Of a stretch of DNA of 64,000 bases, positions 24,441 to 35,619 are shown one piece after another. The notes beneath the pieces were generated by a model. The model had not been told where the DNA came from. It was given only the letters and a program-made list of their open reading frames with translations, and did not search any database. Source of the stretch: Glycera tridactyla (taxonomy: Eukaryota); the NCBI GenBank assembly GCA_965644265.1, contig OZ286462.1:7068001-7132000 (forward strand), given 5' to 3'. Every line of letters starts with the position of its first letter. Within the stretch, counting starts at the first letter, position 1. The position numbers and the translations under genes are program-made.

Positions 24441-24729
24441 ACCACCCACTTTTCGTAGTGTAGGAAACGAAATGTGTACCGAGTTCGAGTTGGCTATGGA
24501 GGACTGACCGACTCGCCAACTGACCGCCGATTCTCGCTGGTCGACTGACCGCCGACTGTTGTACGACTAACCGCCGACTATTGGACGACTGACCGCCAAA
24601 TATGATTCATATTGTACATCATAAATAAACATTTGTTCACTTAATCAGTGAGTTTGGTGGGTTCTTGGTGGTGACAATCAATCACCTCATGACTCACCTC
24701 ATGCACCCTTATAGAGTATTGAGACCGGC

Positions 24730-27555
24730 TAAGGTTTTAGACTTGTTCTTGGAACGCAGTTTTGCAGAGTTATTACGAGAACTTAAAGTCGTAAAGATCT
24801 GGGTGGTTGACCCAGTCCTTCCTTAGGCGCATGCTGTATCCTCTGACAGGGCATTCCATTCTCTGATCACCTGAAGTGCCTGATGATACAGAACAAGAGG
24901 GCAACATTGATGATGAGGGTGAGGAGGATGGTTCGCTTGAGGGCCTAGATATTCACCCATCAGGAGCCGAGTCATATTTGAAAGAATCTGAGGAGGAGTT
25001 TGGTTTGCTGTCACGCACAGCCAGAACAGAACATTCAAAAAAGTTTCTATACTCCACTGCTAATGTTCAGCCTAAGAAACTCGTTTTACCAGGGGGTAAA
25101 GATGTGGCTTCTGAGTCAAAGACTGTATCCATGTTGGAGAGATTTTTGCAGTCTCAGTCAGCTCCTGTCAAAAACCAGAATATGGGGACATCCAGTTTTG
25201 AGAAATATTTCTTTAGTGTCCCTACATTTCGAGGAGAGAAACCAGATTTCGCTTTTGAACTTGATGCTCAACAGGTAGCAATTATCCAGCAATACTGGCG
25301 CCATAAAAATCCAACAAAACTCACAGCTTTCTCAGAAGAATCTAAGAAAATTCTTCGCGTTGAAGAAAATTTCTTTGATCTGACAAAAGTTCTCCAAATT
25401 GATGAATTCATCAGATTTGTTAATTCTGATAAGGGGACAGTAACAAAAGAGGGTATGCACAGTGCTATGTGGTCGAACTGGGAAGCTGATCTGCGTCGAG
25501 TACACACGGGGGCAAGGATAGGCACAGTTGTTCACGGTTACTCAATAGAGTTTGCTCAGATTCCAAATTTCAACAGAATCAGATACACAAAAGTGCAAAA
25601 CGAAGCTGCAAGAGAGTTAATGCACACAGGAATTCAAAATCTGTTGAGAAGAAAGGCAGTAGAAAGAGTACAGCCAAGCATGTGTTTGGACGGGTATTTC
25701 AGTACACTCTTTCTAGTGCCAAAGAGAAATTCCTCCCAGATGTGTCCAGTGATAAACCTAAATCCTTTGGATCAGTTTGTGGTAAAAAGGCATTTCAAAA
25801 TGGATCATTTGGCGGTGGTACTAAAAGCTGTGAGTCCCGGAGATCGGGCAGTGACAATAGCCTTGACAGATGCATATCTATATATGCCCATCAGACCGGC
25901 CCACAGAAAATATTTCAGATTCGCACTGAACGGAAAAATCTTTCAGTTCAGGGCTCTACTGTTTGGTCCAACCGGAGCTCCTCGGGTGTTTACAAAGGTA
26001 GTGGGAGCAGTGGTTCAACACTTCCATCAATAAGGGGTGAAAATATTGAAATATCTGGACGAATGGCTCATCTACGGCCCAGATCCAGTGTCAGTGCTAA
26101 AAATGAAGGATATAACAGTGCACCTGATAACAAGTCTGGGGTTTCTTCCGAATTGGAAGGAATCAGAACTCAATCCCACACAGCGCATCCAATGTATTGG
26201 AGAGAATCTTCAATTAGATCAGGGACGAGCAATGGTCCCAATTGACAGATTTTGTCATCTGTCAGATCTAATCGAAACATTGATTCAGAAGTCTCTGGTG
26301 ACTGCTTACGATATTCTCAGGTTGTTGGGGAAAATGGCAGCAGCAATACAGGTAGTGCCATTTGGGCGCCTTCGAATGAGGCCAATACAGATTTTTCTGT
26401 CATATCAATGGAGGCCTCAAAAATAGTCCATATGGACGCAAATTCCATTAGACCCATTGGTTGTTCCCCACATAAGATGGTGGCAAAAGAAAGAGAATGT
26501 TCTCAAAGGAGTATCACTGAATATTTCAGGCCCATCAGATATGATTGTGACATGTGATGCATCCAATCAGGGATCCCAATCAGTGCAAGGGACCTGGTCC
26601 AATCAAGAGAAAATGTGGCACATCAATGTGAAGGAGATGGGGCTGTGCTTTGGACTCTGAGACGATTCCATACTCAGATTCAGAATCATATGATTCTGAA
26701 ACGATCAGACAATATGGGAGTAGTAAGATATCTGAACCGCCAGGGGGGAACACGCTCTCCAACTCTGTGTGTGAAGACTTAGGAAGCTTTCCAGTTAGTG
26801 ATAGGCCTGAATTGCTTGATCATGGCAGCAGGACGCTTGAACCAGTGGGCAGATTGCCTGTCCAGAAGGAAGGTCCTTCCAACAGAATGGTCTCTGAACA
26901 GGGAAGTGGTGATGCAAATATTTCACTGGTTCGATTGTCCATTGATAGATCTGTTTGCATCAGCTTGGAACCACCAGTTACCAACATATTGTGCAAGGAG
27001 CAGGGACCCGGGAGCCTGGAACCTAGATGCTCTATCTGTGGCCTGGGACAGAATGTTTGCATATGCATACCCTCCAATATGTCTGGTGCCGAAAGTGCTA
27101 CAGAGGGTACAATTGTTCGAAACAGTGGTGATACTAATTACACCTTTTTGGCCGCAGAGATCGTGGTTTCCACTACTGCTCAGTCTCCTAGTAGATGTTC
27201 CATTGATTCTACCAGAGGGGGCAGACCTTCTGTCTCAGCCACAGGGCAAGTTCTCCCACCCAGACCCCGGTCTGTTCCATCTCACAGCATGGAAGGTGTC
27301 AGCCATTCCTTCAATGAGAGGATTCTTGAGAGAACTCACTCTTTGGTGGAAGCAGCCAGAAGGGAAGGTACAAGGAAAGTTTATTCCAGCAAATTCAAGA
27401 AATGTGTTGATTGGTGTGACAGATGGAATAAACATCCCAGGCATACAACTGTAGAAGATCTAGCTGATTTTCTGAGTGATTTACATGATGAAGGCCTTGC
27501 TTATAATACTATTTGCGGGTATCGGTCTATGCTTTCTTCCCATCATCCACCAGTT
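24730..27555 (+). mobile_element. DIRS-type retrotransposon A, left part (gag remnant, RT, RNase H, methyltransferase-like domain, YR N-terminus), degenerate
   Basis: RT motifs FLVPKRNSSQMCPVINL, YFRFALNG..QFRALLFG and YLDE; RNase H TCDASNQG and HINVKE; MT-like DLFAS...YAYPP. Contains a stop at 26031 and frameshifts. The left boundary is approximate. Confidence 0.9.
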
Positions 27556-28942
27556 TGAAGGGTGGTTTTTGGGCACACCTTCTAGGCCAGACAAAACTCT
27601 TGTATGAAATACATACTACACTTTAATGACAGGACACAAGTCCACAGTCAGTGCAGGGATAGCTCCTGATGGAGATGTTGTCAGGTTGAAGACCAAAGAG
27701 CGAAGACAATGGGTGAGCAGCGTCACCCAGTTTAGTCAATCAGCCAGGCCACATCAGAGCATCAGCAAACTACACATGCATGTTCCATGGCATGGAAATA
27801 TCAACAGCTTAACTATAACTTCATATGGTTACAAAGATGTTCAACAACAAAGCAGATGCAAAAAGGGATGTTAAATGAAATGACATCAATAATCAAGGAT
27901 GTATAGGATGAGTAGAGTAAGAAAACATACAGTATGAATTAACAATATAAAGGTATTTATCAAGGGTGGTATGGATAGAATAGGGAGAATTCCATATGGT
28001 AGGAACATGACTGCATGAGCAAGGTTGGAGGAGTTGGAGGTGGGGATAGGGGTGGGGGTGGTCATGGGCAATTATCAGTCAGGTACAGAGCTAAAGAAAG
28101 GCTAGAGTGGTAAGTTTTCATGGACAATAAGGGGATGTCAAACAATGGGTTGTAAACATGGCTGTTGAGTCCGCCATAATGCAACTTATGCAAGAGTGGA
28201 TACATTTGGAGTGGAGGAGAACACAACAGAGCAGAATTGACTTTTAACAGGGACTTCCTGGTTGTAGTCCACGTGGTGGGAAACATGTATGTTGTACATG
28301 TATATGTATGAGACTGACTGACTGAAACACAGGCTAGGCCTATCTCATTTTTCCATTGACAGACAGACAGACACACAGACAGACAGACATACAGACAGAC
28401 ACACATACTGTAGGATGGGAGTGATTGGTTGGTGGCCGGTAACTGGCTGGTAAATTGATTGATTGCTTGATGGTGGATGATGGATGACTAGATTGATTGA
28501 TTGATGACTTGACTGGTGGATTGATTGGTGGTGAAGGATGATGACTGGATTGATTGATGGTGAAGGATGATTGACTTGACTGATTGATGGTGGATGACTT
28601 GAGTGATCATAGGTGATGGATCTCTTGATTGATTTATGAATTTATCATTATATTATATGACTGTTGAAGGGATGGATGAATGACTTGATTGATAGACGAA
28701 TGCGATTGGATATATTGGGTATAGCTGATGGATGAATTCATTGATTGATGGATAAGTTGATTGATTGATTGATTGGCAAATGATATTGGTTGATAAATGG
28801 TAGATGACTTGATTGATTGATGGATGAATGAGTTGCATGATGACTTGCTGGATGATAGATAGTGATCAGGGTAGATGATATAATTGGCTGTGAAACGAAT
28901 GAATAGTTGTTGGGATAGACACACGTCAAAAATACGATTACA
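27556..28942 (-). repeat. 3' LTR (1387 bp)
   Basis: Direct repeat of 44359-45745, about a dozen substitutions by eye; rich in GATT/GACA microsatellite. Confidence 0.92.
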
Positions 28943-30529
28943 ACTCCTCCTCATCAAAAAGCCTTGAAGCCGGATTTGGCGAAAAGGCAACGAGTGAAGC
29001 GAAGTCAAGGGGGGGGGGGGGGGGGGGTTGATGTTGAAAGCAAGCAAGTCAATGACAAATCACATTCAAAAGAATTACTCAACAAAATGTGTAGAGGTGC
29101 AAGTGCATTAGGGAAACCAGCTAACCCAAACTACAAATCTACCTGCGTGCAATACATAAAACATTAGGTGAGAAACATTCACAAAAATAGGCAAATATTC
29201 AAGCGGATGGCAGGCAATCAGAGTCCCCCAGTGTTGTCCACTGGGTATCAACACACAAGGCAGCATGGAGTCACTGAATTCATGGGCCGAGATGACACAA
29301 CACAGGCATGGCCCATGCAAACAGGTTGGAAATGAGCCAATTCTATAGAGATTATGTCAGCTTTCTAATTGGTGTTCTCAAGCATGGCATAGGTGGTGGC
29401 GACGACATTCCGCCAACCAGGGCTTGATCTTTACCATCAGTCCACATGGTGTGCAGGCTATTCCAAGACAGTTTGACTGTACAGTGGGCAAGAGGCAATG
29501 TTAGTCACTTGGTTCAGACAGGTACGACCTGTCAAAGGCAGGCAACAGATGATGTATTGCCCACTGGTCTTGTAGCTGGTGGTAAAGGCATGAAGATAAC
29601 AGTGTATATAAAACAACGGCGGCGACGGCGACGAAGATTGACTTTTGTTGCAGTACAAGCTGCTCATGGATGTGTTCACACATCAGTATAGCATAACAGC
29701 GATGGTAAGTGCTAGGCTATAGGACATGCACGTCAGATGGAGACAATAGTCACAATAACAATGGCCTATATGTTTATGGTTTTGACCACTAGTGCATGTG
29801 GTAATCCTCCGCAACACATCAGATGATATAGTGTGGTTGAGACCAATATGGGCGCATGCCACCTTCATGAAGAGATGGCAATGTTTGGCTTGCATGCGTT
29901 GTAGATGATGCCAGCAAGATGGACGAAATGGTTGGCCACTCATTCCAGTGAGAAGTTGAGCTGGGATCAGTGATGCATGACAAGTATGGGTGTTCAAGTA
30001 AGCCCAAAATCATGAAGAAGATGTTGGCCTGAGCGGTGATGAATTTTGTCCTGTGTTGAGTGACAACAGGTGAGCCATTTATACAGAATACAGAATACAG
30101 AAATTTTTATTGCATAAGATACATAGTACAACATATGGTACATATTTACACTTGACCTGGTGCGGTCGTATTAGGTGCTTATGCAAACAATCATTTAAAT
30201 ACATGTGAGAAACACAGTATCAACATTTTAAATTAATATTTAGTATTTATATATCAAGATTACTTACATAGAGAATAGGTGGTACATGACAATAGTATAC
30301 AGATCAAAGGTGATGAAAAACAATAAGACCAATACTAGGCAGTCACACTCATGCACTCATGTACCCCATTTCATCTATTTTCGTACTGAATACACATTCC
30401 TAAATACACATACTCAAGCTACACATATTTACCCACATGAACACATTTCTAAATATATACACTCAAGCCTACTCACATTTGCTCCTGTCATGGTAGGTAT
30501 TCACAGGACTGGGGGGAAATTATTAAATT

Positions 30530-33474
30530 TTAATCTCCAGGGACAGACTTCTTAAGCAGCACTTTCAGGCCCTTGAGAGTATTTGATGCCCGAATATCAG
30601 GGGTAGATCTGTTCCAATACTGTACACCTCGAACACAAAAGTTGTCATCACAGAAGTGTAGTCGGGTCTTAGGCCTGACAAGTAGCTTTTTCTGTGAGAG
30701 TGAGCTGCTGTACCGTGTAGGAGCACCGCTCAGTCGTGCGGTCGCAAAGTTAAACAAACAATGTTATTACTATTGAGATATCGAAAAACTTCAATAATTG
30801 TATTGGCACGTCTGGTATCTTTAAGACAGGGTATTCCAAGGTTGGCATGGAGGTCAGTGGCGGAGTAATTCCAGCCGCTCTCACATATGGCACTTAAACA
30901 GCGGTTTTGCGCCACCTGGAGCCTAGATGATAAAGAGTTGGAGCAAGAATCGTAAACATAATCAAGATAAGTGAAGAGGGGATCGATCAAATTCTTATAG
31001 AGAAAAAGTGCCGTGTCCTTATTGATTGATGGGCGAAGATGATATAGGGCTCTTCTTCTGAAATTCACTTTTCTGAGTAGATATTCAATGTGGTGTTTAA
31101 ACGTAAGGGCCGGGTCAAGCTGAACACCAAGATATTTGTACTTGTCCACCTGAGTTACATGCTGGTCACCATATCTGATGTGCAGCTGCCTACATCTTAG
31201 GAGGCGTTGCTCTGTACCAAATAACATAGCATTAGACTTACTAATATTGAGTGTGAGCTTTCTGGCTCTGAACCATTTGGATATATGAACAAGGTCCAGA
31301 TTTAGTTTTGATTCTATATCATCTACGCTCTTCCCAGAGACAAGTAAGGCCGTGTCATCTGCATACAAGAATGGGGATGAAAATTCTAAACAATCACTGA
31401 TATTGTTAACATAAAGGATGAACAACAAAGGACCTAAGATGGAGCCTTGTGGGACCCCGTAGCTAATTCTTAATTCAGATGAGATTGTGTTGCCAATTCT
31501 GGTAGACTGAGTTCTGTCAGAGAGATAAGAGGAGATCCAGGCTAAACTTGAGGTACCAAAGCCAATACGTTCCAGTTCCTTGACAAGCAAGATATGGTCC
31601 ACGGTATCGAACGCTTTCTTCAGGTCCAGGAAGAGGACGCCACCAACATGTCCCCTGTCCGCCCCCTGGTAGATCCTATCCAGGAGGCTGACAAGGCACG
31701 TGCCAGTGGAGAAACCCTTCCTGAACCCGAATTGAGCAGGGTTTAACAGATTGTGGGAATTTACATAAGTTGTGATTTGCTCATGAGCAACTTTCTCCAT
31801 AAGTTTGTCCAGAATGGGCAAGAGAGATATCGGCCTAAAGTTACCAAAGTCACTAGTTGTTCCACTCTTGTGAATCACTGTGACGAGAGCACGCTTCCAT
31901 GCCAACGGAAAAGTATTGGACTGGATTGACAAGTGATAAATATGGGCAAGGATGGGACTAATAACTTGGGCAGAAATCTTTGGAAAATAGCTGGTGATTT
32001 CATCTAAGCCTGAGGATGAGGAACTGCTTAAATCAAGTATATACTTCACAATGTCATGTCGTGAGACGTCAGATAATACGAATTGACGTTCTGGTGCAAA
32101 AAGGACTTCCTGGTTGGTACATTCAGTATCCTCGACTGGTTCAATGAGATCAGCTAGTTTGGCGCCTATCTCGGTAAAATATTTGTTTACTGCTTCCGCC
32201 ACTGGGGTATGAGTTGAATCTTCAACATCAGGGGGAAAAGTAGGCAAGACAGGAGCTTTCTGAGTAAGTGGCCAGAAGCGTTTGAGCTCCTTCCATAATC
32301 TTTTGCTGTCATTGCATGCATCTTTCAAACAATTTGAGATATAAGATCTCTTGAGCTTCTTTTTCAAGCGATTCTCGATTCTCAGAGATTCCCTTTTCAT
32401 GGCTTTGTTGAAATCTGTAGGTTGGTCATTATTTACCTTGCTCCAAACCTCACAGTAGGCAATTGCGGCAATATATTCCGGTGTAACCCAGGGTTGGTGA
32501 TCAGTTTTACACATAACTTTCTTTTGAGGTGCATAAATATTCATGAGGGATACAAACGTGGCTGTGAAAGCATCGGCAGCAGAGTTCACATCTTCGGAGT
32601 CGAATACAGGACCCCAGTCCGAACTCTCAACATCATCAATAAAAGCATTGGGATCAAATTTCTTAAATGAGCGGAATAATATTTCATGCTTGTCAGGGGC
32701 TTTTTTTGAGCGACTACGGGCCATAAATACCAAGTGATGATCGCTGACACCTGGGTCAAGTTTGCCTGAGCGACAGTAATACTCAGGGCGGTTCACTGCT
32801 ACGTGGTCAATGCAAGTACTACTCCCTTGGGACACTCTAGTTGGGTCAGTGATGAGGTGTGTGAGGCCAAGCTTTTCACAGAAACGAGAATAGGACTTCG
32901 TTTTATGGCAATCAGTTTTCAAAATGTCAATGTTCAGATCACCGACAAGGATAACATCTGCCGGGTGTACTAAGCTGGGATCTGTTATGAGAGATTCAAG
33001 GATATCTAGGGATCTGTTTACAGAGCCATCTGGTGGTCTGTATGTGAGAAAGTAGTGGGTAGGTCTTGCTTTATATAGATGAAGTGTGAAGCATAATATT
33101 TCAACATCAGGTGTGCATTTGCATAAGGACTCATTCAGAGAAATGTCGTACTGAGACTGGTAGTAAACAAGGAGACCACCTCCACCAGTTTTACCACTAG
33201 CAGGTGTTCGGTCAAATCTATGAAAGCGATAGCCAGGTATGCAAAGCTCTTCATCACTAATGGATGGGTTCAGAAATGTTTCGCAGAGACAGAGTAGATC
33301 CAATTTACTGAGTAGAAGTAAACTTGAAATGTCATCTGATTTCCTTGTCAGGCTTTGTATGTTGATACAAGCACTGGCAATGCCAGGCAGGTTTGACAGT
33401 GCCATGGAGCAGTGCTCATGGTCACTGAATGATTCGATGAGTGGGAAGGTAAATTTATTCTTTCTCGGGGACAT
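30530..33474 (-). CDS. LINE ORF2, apurinic endonuclease + reverse transcriptase (one frameshift near 30760)
   Basis: APE motifs LCETFL, GDLNID and SDHHLV; RT motifs QFGFRKG, FLDLKKAFDTV, GVPQGSILGPLLF and YADDT. The main frame stops at 30730 and the C-terminal tail continues in another frame to 30530. Confidence 0.92.
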
Positions 33475-35619
33475 GGCAAACCTTTCACTGGTATTGAAAG
33501 AGTGGTATACAGTGACAGGAAGTTGAGCATAAAAGATAATGTGAGTAAGTATATGGGGAGAGCAACCCAAGAGGACGTAGACAGAACATTGGGACTTGAA
33601 AATACAGCATTTGAGGCCACATGCGGCTAAGCGAAAATTTGACTGCTTCGGGCTAGATGTAATTGAAGGGCGACACCTAGCAAAAAGCTGGCACAGGACA
33701 TAGGAAGGTTACAATGCTAGGGGCAGGGTGTGATTACATAGTGACAATGACCAAGCGTCATGACTGCCCTCTAGCGTGAGTTCCGGCGGTGTGCATATCA
33801 CCAAGAGTGCTTGTAATTCTTGAGAATGGAGACTGAAGTCACCATTACAGACTATTGTAAGATGGCTGAAATACCTTCAGATGGTCACTCACTTGTAGAT
33901 AGGTAGCAAAAAGACATAATTAAATGATCAAAGACAAGCCTGACAGGCAGCGGATAATGGCTCTATTGTGATATATAATGAGGTACATAGATGGTCAAAC
34001 GATTGACTGACATGCCACACTTGCATGGAAGATTCAGTTACGGATAATCATTTTGGACAATACACTGCAGTAGACATGCAAAATCACAATGATGAGGACG
34101 TAGGTTTGGCATTGTTAGGTGCAACTCCTTGACAGGAGAAGTATTCATGGCAACTTCAGTACAGGGCAAAGACATACAGCAGGGAGAGGAAACATACCAC
34201 AGGTTAATAGAGTCTGTCGAGAAAACAGGAATAATCAGAGATTTCATCTAGTTGTCCCTGGGACAATAACATGTACACAGCTTATATTGAATAGAGGCAT
34301 GATCGAAGTCATGAGAAACAATTGAATGACAATCCCTAGATCACTGAGAGGAGAGGAGTGATAATGCAAAAGAAGGCCCCAATTTATAATTGAGGGTGTG
34401 ATTGCTGGTACATTGTCGGCCCTGCAGAGACTGAGTTTACAGATCCGGATTGCTCTGTTAGATACCAGCGATTGTCATCTATTTAATTGCCTTCGACAGA
34501 GACAAGAATAGTGTGCTAGCACCAATGAAATGAATATCCCATGAGATATGCCAAGAAGCAAGAGAACAGTTACATCATTCGGATTCAAGAGACCTTGGTA
34601 GGGATGGGTGGTGTATGTAAGTGATGTGTAATAGTGGTTCAAATAGATAAGGTAGGCACCAGAAAACAGATTGGGTTGTAGCATATGCCCAAGGTAACAA
34701 GTATGTAATATATTGCAGATCTACATCAGTAAGCAGGATATCACTAGCCGAGTAATCAAAATCGTTTACCCCATATATGATAGAGACAAAGTACATAATG
34801 CATATAAATGATCGAGGGTTCGTCAGTAAGCATTCAACAAAAGAGTACATAATAGGTGAAATCAATAGACAAGTAAATGAGCAAATAGAAGAAACAGAAA
34901 TTTAGTCCGTAATATGCAGGTAAATGAATAAATAACTAAATGTGTAAATAGGTAAACAAATTAATAAATCAATGGTTGACCCGATTCCGCCATGTGTAAA
35001 TGCACCTCACAAGCTTGATACCCAGTTTTTCAGAGCTTTATCCTGGCAGACAAGGTCATGTGAGGATAGATACCAGGCAGTTAGGCATACGTGGCATACA
35101 CGGTCATGCACACATTAATTCAAACAAGCACACCATAGGCAGAAAGACACACATGATCTATGATCAAATAACAGGAATTGGTCACATGATGGAATCCAAG
35201 AGACACCAGAAAAGCACCAGATGATCTTCAATAATCACAGAACTACCCACAAGTAAGACAAATTGAGCATGTCCTAAAATTGATTGCATTGAAATAAAAA
35301 CCATATTTCTCAAAGACCTGTAGTGTAGCTAATAGATATGAGGAGTTACCGCTAGGGCGACATGTTTGACATGAATAATGAAATCAAAGTCCAAACTATC
35401 ACCTTCTTAGAGGCAATGATGGTGGCATATGTATACATATCTGGGACAGCTAGAGAGAGAAAGTGTGAGATGAAGGTGTCGGCATGTAGCTGGAGTAGTG
35501 GTAGAGGCAGCGGCCTTGGTGTGGTATGAAGGGTAGATGAAATGTCATGCGTGTGCCGCCAGAGCGCATATGTGCCTGCGAGTGTTGGTGATTTGTGAGT
35601 AAAGAATATATTGGCGTGA

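Noticed and set aside
24401-24730. 10-bp direct repeat GAGACCGGCT at 24401 and 24721 as a possible TSD
   Set aside because: No terminal repeats just inside it and a chance match is plausible. Kept only as a caveat to the promoter call.
27626-27874. Identical small ORFs at 27626-27874 and 44426-44677 (and neighbours)
   Set aside because: They are duplicated only because they lie in the two LTRs; no protein features.
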